From Felis catus (Eukaryota): a DNA stretch of 64,000 nt. Numbering within the stretch: the stretch's first letter is position 1; the number at the start of each line of letters is the position of its first letter. The notes under the pieces were generated by a model, which did not search any database, had not been told where the DNA came from, and worked only from the letters and a program-made list of their open reading frames with translations. Made by a program: the position numbers and the translations under genes. Where the stretch lies: assembly GCF_018350175.1 (NCBI RefSeq), contig NC_058368.1, positions 54,252,001 to 54,316,000 on the forward strand, written 5' to 3'. This document shows positions 51,029 to 63,656 of the stretch, piece after piece.

Positions 51029-51255
51029 GGAGTGCCTGGATGGCTCAGTTGGTTAAGTGTCTGACTTTGGCTCAGGTCATGATCTCACAGTTGATGGGTT
51101 CAGATGGGGCTCTGTGCTGACATCTCAGAGCCTGGAGCCTGTTTCGGATTCTGTGTCTCCCTCTCTCTCTCTCTGCCCCTCCTCCGTTCAGGCTCTGCCT
51201 CTCTCTGTCTCTCAAAAATAAATGAAAAATGTTAAAAAAACAAAAACAAAAACAA
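51029..51255 (+). mobile_element. Feline CanSINE with (CAAAAA)n tail
   Basis: Head ggagtgcctggatggctcagttggttaag; TSD aaacagtgacaatct / aaacggtgacgacct. Confidence 0.95.
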
Positions 51256-51354
51256 AAACGGTGACGACCTGAGCCTAAAACAAATTGGATGTCAAGAACT
51301 AATACATATCTCTCTAGAAACAGCACAGATGGCAATTTTTTAAAAACCTAAGTA

Positions 51355-51493
51355 GGAAGGGCATTAAGGAGGGCACTTGTTGGGATGAGCACTGGCTGTT
51401 ATAAGTAAGTGATGAATCACTGGGTTCTACTACTGAAACCAATACTACACTGTATGTTAACTAACTTGAATTTAAATAAATAAGTTAAAAAAA
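51355..51493 (+). mobile_element. Short carnivore L1 3' UTR end
   Basis: gggcattaaggagggcacttgttgggatgagcactgg..tgtatgttaactaacttgaatttaaataaa; matches the reverse complement of the 30191-30315 L1 end. Confidence 0.85.
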
Positions 51494-51794
51494 CACTACA
51501 CATAAAAAAGAATTCTTTAGCCAGGTACAAATCATACACATATAAAGGAAATGAAAACATAATTATGCAACAACTTATAGTATATTACTGGAGACAAAGC
51601 CCAATAACTGAAATATTAATTCAAAGGGAAAAGAATTGTGAATGAAACATCTTTATATAAAGACTGGTAGTAAGCATTTTATCCAACAGGGAATGTATCT
51701 TCTTTGTAAGGTGTTCTTACAACATTTGCAAAAGTAAGAACTTACAATAGGCCAAGGTAAAAGCATAAACACATTTAAAATTTGGAATAATAAA

Positions 51795-51951
51795 GGGACA
51801 CCCAGGTGGCTCAGTCAGTTAAGCCCCTGACTTTGGCTCAGGTCATGATCTCATGGTTCCTGAGTTTGAACTCTGAGTCCAGCTTGCTACTGTCAGTGCA
51901 GAGCCTGCTTTGGATCATATTTCTCTCTCTCTCTGCCCCTCCTCCACTTGT

Positions 51952-51996
<45 letters not shown>

Positions 51997-52023
51997 AATA
52001 AACAAACATAAATTAAAAAAAAA
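51795..52023 (+). mobile_element. CanSINE with expanded (CT)n
   Basis: gggacacccaggtggctcagtcagttaag head; (CT)n ~51953-51993; TSD-like aataataaa on both sides. Confidence 0.93.
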
Positions 52024-52332
52024 TTAAATAATAAAAATCAAGTAAGTTGAGTATACTATAATAAAACTAGAAAATAGAAGCATATTTAGAAACAAACAAA
52101 AATATCCAACAATTTGGACACATGGAAATGTTTTCTTTCATTTCCTCTTGGCTCCAAAAAAAAAAAAAAAAACTCAGGACAACAAGAAACATGATAAGAT
52201 GCTACATATAAAAGATAAAATTCAGAGCAGTAACCATCATAACATTGAACTACAAAGAATGGAATTGAATTAATTAAGGACTAGAGGTTGGAGATTACAA
52301 AAAGAGCAAGAAAAAGAAAATTTAAAATGCTC

Positions 52333-52600
52333 TATAAATGAATAAGTTCTGAGGATTGAATGTAAAATACGGACACTATAGTTAACACTGTATTATAGAA
52401 ATAAAATTTGCTAAGAGAGTAGAACTTAAATGTTCTCATCAAAGAAAACAAAACATGGAAACATATGTGGTGATGGATGTGTTAATTAACTGGATTGGGG
52501 AGATCCTTTCACAATGTATACGTATATCAAACCACTATGATGTTCACTCTGAATATCTTACAAATTTTATGTCTATTATACCTCCATAAAGCTGATTTTT
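52333..52600 (+). mobile_element. L1MA-type 3' UTR end
   Basis: aatttgctaagagagtagaacttaaatgttctca..gtgatggatgtgttaattaact..tttcacaatgtatacgtatatcaaa..tatacctccataaagctg. Confidence 0.85.
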
Positions 52601-52649
52601 TTAAAAAGCACTAAAATTTATTGTTATGGACATGAGTTTAGACTGAAGT

Positions 52650-53956
52650 ACAAGCAGAGATGGCAAGAACAGAGGCCAGATATGAAGAGTTTATCTGTTT
52701 AGAAGGCGACCACATCTCCATCCCAGATACTAAAGGAAGAGCGGAAAGGGCTTTGAACAATAGGCTGAGTAAATTTCACTGGAATGAAATCAAATCAATT
52801 CTGTGGTGAAGAGTTGATTAAGGATGCTATCTTCTGACCCACACCTATTTTTTTTTTTTCAAATGGTTTTACAACTAAGAGAGAAGTACAACATCTTTTG
52901 TATGCAGTAATTAGTATATGGAACTGACTAGACAGCAGAAAACAGAAGCCTCACAGGCATTTGATGGAAGGATATGAACCTGGGCAAAATAAAAACAGTG
53001 TTTCACTTAAGCCTTAAAATAGTCTTTGGGCCTCCCAAAAGTCTGTTCAGGAAGATTTCATAATTGCTATTGATTAGCAATTGCTGTTTCTCTTATGTTT
53101 TCTTCTCTCTTTTTCTCCCTGAAATTATCTATTTGTGAGGCAAGAAATAATTGGTCCTTTTTATTCATAGGTCACTAAACCCACAAGGAACCTCATTCCA
53201 GATCTGATGGAGAGAACTGCCATGCATTTAGAGATCCTGGACTCTTAAGATGGGCATTTTGGTTGCCTCCCTGGAGGGGAGGGTGGGTGTACTCTGGAAA
53301 GAAAAGTACAATTTGGAGCTCCAAAGGGAGGCTGTGGTGCTATAGCTTAGTTGTTCATCAGTTTCCTTTCATCCAAGGCATGTAACTCAGCTGTCCTTCC
53401 CAGACTCCCTGGCAGTTACAGGTGGCTAGATGAATGAGTTCCTGCAAACTGAGCATGAACAGAAAGACTGACATGTAATATCTCATACGTATGTTACTTC
53501 AAATGCTTTGGAAACCATGGATTAAAAATGGCACAGCCACAAGCTGGAAGGAGCATGGCTCCTTGGATCACAAATTAGAGAAGAGCCATTACTGGTCAGA
53601 ACCATGTGGTTTATGGGGTGCCTGGGTAGCTCAGTCGGTTAAGCGGCCAACTTAGGCTCAGGTCATGATCTCACGGTTTGTGAGTTCAGGCCCCGCATGG
53701 GGCTCTGTGCTGACAGCTCAGAGCCTGGAGTCTGTTTCAGAGTCTGTGTCTCCCTCTCTCTCTCTCTCTGCCCCTCCCCCACTTGCACTCTGTCTCTTTC
53801 TCTCCTTCTCTTAAAAATAAACATTAAAAAAATTTTTTAAAAAGAGAAAAAAAAGAATCACTTGGTTTGTACTTACCCATAACAAATTTGTTTATATTTG
53901 CAGCATTGGATCTGGAGGTTGGTTATTGCAGAAACTAGTGTTTGCTGATCAATATA
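52650..53956 (+). mobile_element. MaLR remnant: probable internal 3' sequence plus MLT1I/J-like LTR (LTR ~53333-53956)
   Basis: Purine-rich aaagggaggc directly before TGTGG at 53333; LTR motifs ttcccagactccctggcagtta and atggcacagccacaagctggaaggagc; internal part less certain. Confidence 0.6.
53615..53853 (+). mobile_element. Feline CanSINE nested in the MLT1 LTR
   Basis: Head ggggtgcctgggtagctcagtcggttaagc; TSD agaaccatgtggtttat / agaatcacttggtttgt. Confidence 0.95.
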
Positions 53957-54999
53957 TAGCACATAACTTTTATTCTTTCCACTATTATTAGAACTTATCA
54001 ATTTTTTCCTTTTCCCCCCTATATAAGTAACTTATTTTATACTGTTCTTGGGGCAGATATCTGATTATTTTCTTATGGGTTCTAGACAGGAATTTTCTGC
54101 ATAAAAATGTAGAATACTTTAAAAGAGTTGATAAATATTGTCAAAATTCTCTCTAGAATGATTGTGCTAATTTTATAATTCCACCAGAAATGAAGAAGAG
54201 GTCAACATTTTCTAGACTAATAGTGTTCTAAACTAATTGTGTATGTTTCTATTGATTTGTGATGAAAACCCATAATGTACATATATTTTTTCTAACACAA
54301 TACATAATCTGCTTCAGAACAATGCATTCTGATATTTTTATACTCTGGACACAGATCCCTTTGTTTATATTTTCTTAGTAATTGGTGCTATGGATGCTCA
54401 CTTTTCTTAAATGCTTGTTTGTTTCTACCCACATGTTTTTCGATGAACTTTAGAAACATTTTGTTAAGATCCTTAAAAAGTTCCACAGGGAATATTATAT
54501 GAGATGCGTTCATCTAATAAATATTTTTAGGAAATGTACTATATTTACAATATTTAGCATTTCTAAACAGGAAGATATTTTTATGTTTGCTTTGTTAATC
54601 TACCTCAGTAAAAATTTGTACTTTTTTTATGTGCTCATGTATACTTGCCTTTTAAATTTAAGCCAAACTATTTTATTATTTGTATTGCAAGTATGAGTGG
54701 AATGTATGAAAGCTTACAGGGAAACCATATGTTTTAAAAATCAGTTTTACTTGGAATCATTTTCTGTATAAAAGATTTAGCTTTTTTTTTTTTTTATAAT
54801 AGGAACTAACAATGTCTAAAACCCGAAAAGGCCTATCTGTTCCATTTTTAGGCTGATTCACACAACTACATAGTTTAAAGTTAAAATACATTGTTTAAAA
54901 TTGAACAAATGTAATTTAAAAACTAGTCAAACTTCTTCTGAGAAGCTATGCTTTCTGACAAGTTTTGTAAAGGTAAACTTGTTTAGCAAGGGAAAATAA

Positions 55000-55390
55000 A
55001 GATTGTGAAGATTCTAGAAATTATGCCAAATATGAAATCGTTGCAAAAATCAGGAATGTTTAGTCCTGGGAAGGGAAGGCTTGATAACAGATGTCACAAA
55101 ATATGTAAAAAGTTATCCCATCAAAGGAATAGATTTTTCAGGTCTCTGATGTGTGTGACAAAACTACCCAACAGGTAAAGATCTGATGATAGAAATTTTG
55201 ATTCAAAGTTAAGTGAAATCTTCTGACCTTTTGAAACATCCAGAAGTGAGCAGGGCTGTTTTCGGAGGTTCTGAATTTCTGCTGGAGCTAGGCAGGCCAT
55301 CTATCAAGGACATGGGGTAAGATGTTCCTACCCGGGGTCAGAGCCTGGTCTCCATGTCCCTATGGTCCCGGCCAGCTGTGATTTTGTCAT
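55000..55390 (+). mobile_element. L3/CR1 3' region
   Basis: ggaatgtttagtcctgggaagggaagg, aaatatgtaaaaagtt, and a CR1-like 3' terminus (ggtcccggccagctgtgattttgt). Confidence 0.65.
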
Positions 55391-56287
55391 GCGAATGTCA
55401 GGCAGTGAAGGTGGTCCCTCTGGTGAGTGGAACTTCATTTTAGCTGTGTCAGCAGTCAGTACTAGGGCCAACTATGAGTTTATCCCTTTATCTAGTGGTT
55501 CTGTGCTGTAAACGTTCTGCCTGTGAAGAACAACTTCCTATTCTCTGCATCTTCAGTTGCAAATTCGAGTTACACAATCACGAGTTTCCTTCTCATATTC
55601 AAATGGTTGTTCCAACAACAACAACATGATTTCCTCGGCTACATTAAGGTTTTTTTTCTTTCTAAAAAAAAAAATCTTACCATAGTACTTGTCAATCATT
55701 TGAAAATAATCTCTGGTTCTTAAACACAGAGCATTAAAAAATTGTGAAATCTAGAATAAAAATCATCAAAATAATAGGTCTTTATAATTCGGGCATTTAT
55801 TACATGTAGTCTGTTATACTATAACAGCTTATTTAAAAAAACAATCTTATGGGACTATGTCTTCTATATCTAAACTCATGAATTTAGCTTGATTAACTTT
55901 ATAATATTGTCCTCAAATGTAGAAGGATTACTATGGGGCTTTGGGAATAATACTGAAATTGGCTCAGTGATACCCCCATTACTGGGGTCTGAGGGGCATA
56001 ATTGGACTAGATAATGCCTGAGGGTCTCTTCCAGCTCTACCGTTTGGTAGTTTTGGCATTCGGTAGCTAGCAAAAGTATCAATTATCCAGGCACTCATCA
56101 GTGACGTAAATATTCAGGGTTTTAAATAGGGAGGGGGTCATTGGCCCAGGGAGAGTATAGGAGGGATTGGCCACTGCTGTCTTGATATGAGCTGGTTTCC
56201 CTCCAAGGTCATAGTCTCTCAATAGCACTCATTAACCCTGAATGCTGTAAAAAGAGATGTATGCAAAGGAATGCTGTACTTTCATGG

Positions 56288-56420
56288 TGGGAGAGTCCTT
56301 AGAAATCATGTGGTTCAATACTCTCCATGTATCCTTTTTCTCCAAGTGACTTCCCAAGATCACATATCTGCTTAGGGACAGAACTATAATGAACACACAG
56401 AGTAACTCTAAGAAAAATGC
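56288..56420 (-). mobile_element. MIR3-like fragment
   Basis: gtccttagaaatcatgtggttcaa..aagtgacttcccaagatcaca..gacagaact. Confidence 0.55.
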
Positions 56421-56804
56421 ATTTTACAAGGACATTATAACTGCGATAACACTGTCTTTATATCCTGATATCAAGACCAAATAAAATGAAGATCTGAAGG
56501 AAGTGGCCTCATAAGACTGGATGCGGCTTTTTATTGATGGAAAGAGGAGCATTCTGCTCACCAGAAACAAATTCAGTCGTCGGATGCTCGCTACGCTCAG
56601 GATTTATCAAAGCAATAGTACGCTGTGGTTTCTTTTTAAATTTTTATTGAAGAAAAAAACCAAAAAAAGCGGCAAAATATTTTTTTTCAGGACTTCCTTG
56701 TTTTTATTTCAGGGATTTTTAAGTCATTCTTTTAAGTCTCTGACAGATCTGGAAAACTTTGGATGATGGTACATTCTTCTTTGTGATGTCCTTTGTGCTG
56801 ACAG

Positions 56805-56865
56805 ACTGTCTTGGCTCCCTTAAGAAGGAGGCTGAGAGCCTGACAGTACCCTGGATGACTGGACC
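56805..56865 (+). other. Candidate exon (61 nt)
   Basis: Acceptor ttcttctttgtgatgtcctttgtgctgacag|A; donor ACC|gtaagt. Confidence 0.3.
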
Positions 56866-57871
56866 GTAAGTTTCATATTGCCTTCCCTGGAATGTCTCTG
56901 TATCTCTTTTTCCAGTCGTCTTTGCTCTAGTCTCTGGGACATATCTACTAGGTCTTGTCTTAGTTCATCATTCTGTTATTTTCATTGCTTTCCTGAGAAA
57001 ATTGAGGAACATGGAGTAAATGAAAATGCATATGTTCAGTTGCTCAGTGTGATTAGTTTACTTGGTGGGTAGTTTTTCTGGAAGTGCTAAAGGTGAAACG
57101 ACAATCTATTGTAATATATCAGTTTCTTCTGACAAGAAATCCTGAAGACCTGAATTGTACTGGACTGAAAATGAGGCAATGGACAGAGATATTATTTGGA
57201 AGAAAATATCAGCAGATACTGATGGTGTTTTATATTCAAGAGTAAGTACACATATGAAAAGATAACTCTGAGGGTCTGTATTAAATGCAAGGACATATAA
57301 GCACAGGACCTAATGAGGGTTCAGGGTAGAGAACCTAACCAAGTTCAGGGACATCAGGGGAGGCCAGGGATGAGGAGGCATCAGATTTTGTCACTTAAAG
57401 CTCATTGTTAAGTAGGGTCACATGCTGGATTTTAGGAGGTTGAGGTAGGGACAATGATGGAAGCTGCTTTTTAAAACACTTGGTTATGAGAGGAATGAAA
57501 GTTTCGAGGCAAAAATCTAGGAAGGTATGGAAAGCCATGAAGGTTCTTTTTTTTTTTTAATTTAATGGAAGTGGATTAGAGAATATTTATAGAAAGTAGA
57601 GATTAAGTGCACAGGACTGATGGGATAGGTCATTGGTAAAGCTTCTGGAAGGGATAGATTTCAGGTGCAGATACATGAATAGCCTGGATATTCCTTCTTC
57701 TGGGACAGGGTAAGGTAAGGAAGTGTGAATGCAGAAGTGGGCTGGTAAAGACCTCTGACTGTGTGATGATGAAAGTGAAATATTCTTCTGTGAGGTGAGA
57801 GTGTGCTGAGACAGACAGCATGAGGGTAAGTGTGAAAGCTTGGAATGACCATGAAAAAGACTGGGAGAGGG

Positions 57872-57921
57872 AACTTATTCAGAATATACAACTGGAAACT
57901 TATTCAGAATATGCAACCGGA
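57872..57921. repeat. Tandem duplication, 25-bp period
   Basis: aacttattcagaatatacaactgga / aacttattcagaatatgcaaccgga (2 transitions). Confidence 0.9.
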
Positions 57922-58719
57922 TGGCCATGTGGTTTTGAAAGCCCAGATGAAAATACATAATACAAAATTTTTGTTGGAATAGTCTACTGATCTACATAGT
58001 TGTGTGGGTGAGTTTGTTTTTTTATTTTGAGCTGAGCCTAGCATCCTAGCCATGGATGGTTTTGCAGAGGGACCCTTTGGAAGAAGAGAAAGGTGAAAGG
58101 GTGCAGAGTAACAGATCATCAAAAAAGAAGGATGCAAATGGACTTGAAAAATAGGGAAGGGGGGTGAGAGTAGGAGATATATTTGGCAAGCTGAGAGGGT
58201 TAAAAAATCTTAGCACAACAGAAAACTATTGGTGGAAGAGAAAAAGGATGTTGGAGTTTGTTGTTGAGGTGGAAAACTCAGGTTGATGATGGTGCTGGTT
58301 GCAGCAGTTAAGTGAAAACCAAGTCATTCCAGTTGAGAGGTCAATAAACTATAAGGCTATTCAGTCTTTGAAGAGCCATCTACATGACTTAGGACTGTAT
58401 CCAAATTACGGCAGGGAGAAAATGATGAGGTAGATGCCAAATCTTTGGGGTGATGTGAACCTCAAAGGAACATTTGCTTTTGAAAGGTTTTAATTGTTAA
58501 AAAGTAAAATGAAGTATAACATCCATGAAATAGTAAATCCAGGATTATTACGTTTCCCATGCCCAAGGATCTCTTATAAATCTGCAGGAGGGATAAAAAA
58601 AAGTAGTCCAAGAAAGGATAAGGAACAAAAATGGATGCATGAGTGAATAAATGGTGGGTCTATCAGGGTATTGTTAAAAACAGAATAAGAAAGACATGAA
58701 GAGGGACTCCTGTATCTGT

Positions 58720-58930
58720 CAGGCTTCAGCTTTAACCTCAGTTCTGCCAGCTCCTGACTGATGAAACTTGGCTAAACTAATCAGTCAGATTTCTCATCTG
58801 CAGAATGGAGAGAATATAGTAACTAGTGTATGTGGTAGTAGTGAGAATTAGATGTCACATGTAGAATACTTAAAATAGTGCATGGTGCCAAATGTTTTAA
58901 AAAATGCTAGCATATGGTATTATTATTATT
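58720..58930 (+). mobile_element. MIR
   Basis: cagttctgcca..tcagatttctcatctgcagaatgg..gtgagaattagatg..tgtagaatacttaaaatagtg..tattattatt. Confidence 0.7.
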
Positions 58931-58958
58931 GCTTTATTAGTAATTATTGTTATCATTT

Positions 58959-59012
58959 TTTAAAGTTTATTTACTTTGAGAGAGAGAGAGAGAGAGCAAG
59001 CAGAGGAGGGGC

Positions 59013-59043
<31 letters not shown>

Positions 59044-59173
59044 AAATCCTAAGCAGGCTCTGTGCTAATGGCATAGAACCCAATGCGGAGCTTGACTCAT
59101 GAAATCATGAGACCATGACCTGAGTCGAAATCAAGAGTTGGACACTTAACCAGGGGAACCACCCAGGAGCCCC
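58959..59173 (-). mobile_element. CanSINE
   Basis: Head GGGGCTCCTGGGTGG; (CT)n tracts; perfect TSD tattgttatcattt at 58945-58958 and 59174-59187. Confidence 0.95.
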
Positions 59174-60359
59174 TATTGTTATCATTTAACTCATCATAAT
59201 TAAGAAGCCAAACCTAGTAGAAAAAAGAAAACAGTTCATTATGAAGCTAAATATATATTGGTATTCATAGAAATGTTCCCTTTAATCATTGAAGTAATAG
59301 AGTCTTGATACAGAGTCTCTTTCTTTGTGTTTTCCAAAACTCAAAGCGCTCTTTTTGGATAAGCTCAACTCTGGTTGTAGGACAGCCTTTGGTGTTGTAT
59401 GAATCACCAGCATCAGAATTACCAAGACGCAACCTGGCATTTCAGAGTTAGAATCTTTCTGTTGGAAAGGAGAAGAAAGGGGAAGGTGTCATTTACAGTA
59501 TCAGTTTTGGAGATCATTCATCTCAAAGAGATCAGGCTCTCTGCTTCCAGAAAATTTTGGAATATTTTCTTCTTTAACTATTGTCCCTTTTATAAAATGA
59601 ATGACTGTACCTAGGAGAGGAAATAATATTGATAAATAATTTTCAGTTCAGTATAAAGTATTTACTGTGACTTGAAAGTATATTTGCTAGAAAAAATTAT
59701 TGCAAATGTTCCTGAAAGGTGAGTCTCAGACTTAGGTAAATAAAGAAAAAGAATGGACTATTCTTAATACTTTCAACAGTTATAAGTATGCATATTGCAA
59801 AAAGTTAATGTTATTTTAATTCAAAAGTAAGAAAGTGATGAAATATTTTCATCCTACATCTGAATGTGTACTGTCACTGCCATGACATGTGGTGTATCTA
59901 GATTTGACCCAGCTTGGTATGTCTTATTACCCAGGGGTACATTCTTTCCCTGGGAGCATTGTGGGAATCTGCTTAATGTGGGAAGAACTTTTTCCTTTAA
60001 TAATCAATTTATCCACCAGACTTTAAAAGTACATAGATATTTTCGGAATCTGTCGAGTGGGTTGTGTTCTCATTCTTGGAGCATTGAATGCATCCTTCCA
60101 CATTTAGCCTCCAGCCCTACCTCTCAAATCAATTGTATCATGTGCCAAAATCATTACCTCTCTTCCCCCTATCACTGTATTTCTTTACATGTCAGAAAAG
60201 GTCATCTGAGAGGCTCTAAGAGGAAATCTTTAAAGACTTTAAATCTTCACTTAGAAAAGAGTTTTCCATGTATCTCTAGGGGATTGTTTGTATTATAAAG
60301 GCAGATGGCCTTATGATGCGAGTGCTTCATTCCCAGAATAGCCACATTCTCCTTGACCA

Positions 60360-60485
60360 CGTATTCGCTTAACAAATATAGTAGCACTTGCTAAACACCA
60401 CCGAGTATCAGCATTGCAGAAAGCATCGCAGAAGAACGATGAAAAATGTTCTTGCTCTCAAGGAACTTACTGCCTGGTTGGCCTC
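60360..60485 (-). mobile_element. L2 3' end fragment
   Basis: ttaacaaatatagtagcacttgct..ttcttgctctcaaggaacttac. Confidence 0.55.
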
Positions 60486-61159
60486 CAGTTTGGGGAAACA
60501 GGGAGGCACACAACAAATTATATTACATCAACTGATTAATATCCTTTGAAGATTCACACCAGACCATCCACCCACGTCTGACCCCTCAAGTTGTGAAATA
60601 ATTACATTATATGTAACATTAGGGATGAAAAATCTTTTTTTGTCCCATTGCTTTCTTGAAGTACAGAAGTTCTGCATGAACACATGATTATAACAATTCA
60701 AATACAAAAACAAACAAGCTAAAGCATGTAAGATCTCACCTTCCACTTTCCCTTGTGTCTCTCTCCAACTGTCCTTGCCCAGAGGTGCAAAGTACTAACA
60801 CTTTAGGATGCTATCGTTTAGAAGATTTATTTTAAAAGAATAAACATCTTGATTATTTGTCTTCCCATCTAGGAACATGGGGGTTTTGCTGCACTTGGAT
60901 CTTTTTTATTATGTTTTCTATTTTCTGGTTGCTAATTCATGGAAAAGTTATTTTTGATTTTTAATATTTTTACCTTAAGCAACATTACCATTTGCTCATA
61001 TTTTAAAAATGCTTCTGAATTGAATCTCTCTTTGTTCTAGATGGATATAAATACCACCTACACATAATCACATCTTTATTTTCACTATTTCTTCTATTCA
61101 TTTTCTGTCTTTTACTGAACTTCTTGGGACTTGAGAACAATGTGGAGTAGTAGTGATGA

Positions 61160-61685
61160 TATTTCAGTCAAGATCTTTCTGGTTGCAAATAACATACACT
61201 TAACTTGAATGAACTTAGGTAAAAAGAGGAAATGCACACAGTTTGCCGCTGACCCGAAGTCACTGCAGGTTGGCCCAAAGGACACCCTCAACCAGAAGCT
61301 GAAATGCAGCCAGGACTCATGCTCTCACTAGCTCATTTTTAATTTTCTCTCCATTTGGGACTCATTTTCTATACCTATTGATTTCCCCCTATTGAGAGGG
61401 ACCCCAGATATAGGGAGTTTCATGTTTCATGTCTCAGAACATCTGCCACTAGTTGGAATTCAATTCCTTTGCTCCACGTAAGTTGGGAAAGCAAAACCTA
61501 GGAAAGAACAATGATTGGCTTGGTTCGGCTCAGATTTTAACCTTAAACAGTGCTCTGGAGGGTGGACCCGTTCATCCCTACCATACAGTTGTCTTGCTGT
61601 GGGGATCAGTTCCCCATAGAAGGAGGTTATTTTTCCTAGAGAAAAGGAATAGGGCTAAGCAGACAAACAGAAGATGTCCACAATA
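61160..61685 (-). mobile_element. MaLR LTR (MLT1K/L-like) inserted in degraded L1M-like sequence
   Basis: cagtcaagatctttctggttgcaaataaca..; tgattggcttgg; cagttcccca..gcagacaaacagaagatgtccac. Confidence 0.7.
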
Positions 61686-62709
61686 GTGGACTTCCTAATC
61701 TTATTAGTGCCTTTAATGGGATTGTATTTAAAACAGTGTTTATCTGTGAAGTGTGATATGTGGTAAATGCTATAGTTTTTGGTAGATACATTTTAACAAG
61801 GTAATGAACTGGTGTTAAATTTTATGTATGTAATGTGTTTTCAATGTTTGTCTAATGATCTTGTAGATTATATTTTAAAATCTATTCATATCATTTTAGT
61901 ATTTACAGGATTTTAAAAAACCCCAAATGTCCCTTGCTTCAACTTTTGCTCCTTTTTGCTTTTTTTCTCATTTCTTGTCTCCCTTCTCTGCACTCCACTC
62001 CCATTCATTCTTGTTTGTTTGTTTTCTACTCCCTGTCTCCCTTGAACCTTAACAAATTATAAGATTGGGAAAACAGCTCTTAAGAGAATTGTTCTGACAG
62101 TTGTTGGGGTGAGATTTTACCAGTGATTCTCAAACAGGAGGCATAGACCCTCTCTGACTGTCCCATACCCAATTTCAGCAGCTGGCAGAGATGATGAAAA
62201 TTGCATCCTGGATCCCACAAGGACATGTACCAGCTTCTCTTCTCCCTGTTCTCTGAGACTCCAGTCCTGCTTTGGCTTAAGGAGTCACACTTTCTTCAGG
62301 TACAGGGAGATGCGTCATCTGAATATAAAGCCTTTAGCTTCTACATGAATCTTACAAAATACTTCATATACTTAATATTCAGAGATGCCCTACAGATGAG
62401 CAATCCTTGCATACCTGGGAAAAAATTCTCCTTGGCTACAAGCATTATTCTAATCCACAGCTGGACTGTACTTAGATAAATTTTATTTATACTTTTATGT
62501 CTCTTTCTATCAATGTGATTGCACTGGAATTTTTTATAATGTTAATTATTTACATTTTGCCATGAAGATGTTGCCAATTTGAGATGCCCTCTGTATTTTT
62601 CTGTTTTTGAAAAACCTTTTTATATCATAGAATTTAACTCTGATGGTTTTGAAAGACTTGCAAATAAGGCTGTTGTGGTTTGATGCATTTTAAAGGAATA
62701 AAATCTTTT

Positions 62710-62895
62710 TTTGTTCTTTTTTGGAGAGAGAGAAGGGGAGAGACAGCACCAGCTGGGGATCCTGGGAGAAGGATAGAGGGACAGAGAGAGAATCTTAAGG
62801 GTCTGACCCAGGGTTCCATCCCACGACCCTGGAAACATGACCTGAGCCAAAATCAAGATTCAGACACTCAGCTGACTCAGCCATCTGGGTGCCCC
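62710..62895 (-). mobile_element. Older, diverged CanSINE
   Basis: Head GGGGCACCCAGATGGCTGAGTCAG; TSD taaaggaataaaatctttt (62691-62709) / taaaggaatagaatctttt (62896-62914). Confidence 0.88.
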
Positions 62896-62914
62896 TAAAG
62901 GAATAGAATCTTTT

Positions 62915-63130
62915 AAATTTTTTTTTTCAACGTTTTATTTATTTTTGGGACAGAGAGAGACAGAGAATGAACGGGGGAGGGGCAGAGAGAGAGGGAGACA
63001 CAGAATCGGAAACTGGCTCCAGGCTCTGAGCCATCAGCCCAGAGTCCGATGCGGGGCTCGACTCACGGACCGCGAGATCGTGACCTGGCTGAAGTCGGAT
63101 GCTTAACCGACTGCGCCACCCAGGCGCCCC
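62915..63130 (-). mobile_element. Young, CpG-rich feline CanSINE
   Basis: Head GGGGCGCCTGGGTGGCGCAGTCGGTTAAG with many intact CpGs; perfect TSD ggaatagaatctttt at 62900-62914 and 63131-63145. Confidence 0.97.
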
Positions 63131-63656
63131 GGAATAGAATCTTTTAAATCTCAATGATTTTCCATTTTCAATGGGTCAATCTAGTTATTTTATATTTTCT
63201 CACAAGTCAACATTTTGTTTTTTGAATTTATACATGGACAGTTGCAGGTAGTAACTTTCTATAATTTATGAAATTTCTTTCATATCTGTAGTTATGTTAC
63301 TTTTCCACTTTTAAAGTTGTTTGTGTTTTCTAACTTTTTTGATGATGCACAAACATGGTCTGTTTCGCTAGTATCTTCAAAGAACCAGTTATTGTTTTTA
63401 TTTATTTATTATTGGTCTTCTTACTATATTTTTATTTGATTTGTTTTTTTATCTTCATTAATTCCTTCCCTTTATGAGTTGAGTCTTATTTTATTATTTT
63501 CCTTGATCGTTGAAGTGAATGTTTGTCAATCTTTTTTATTTTAAGTTCCGCTTTAGCTCTATTCAACAGGTTTTGATATGTAGTGCATTTCTAAATCTCT
63601 AATTTTAAAATTGATATTCTCTGTAACCCTATTGTTATATTGAAGTGTGTTTTATG

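Noticed and set aside
59647..59718. Possible exon ending AAG|gtgagt
   Set aside because: Strong donor but poor acceptor and very AT-rich body.
59864..60298. 144-aa ORF
   Set aside because: No domain-like pattern, splice support or recognisable similarity.
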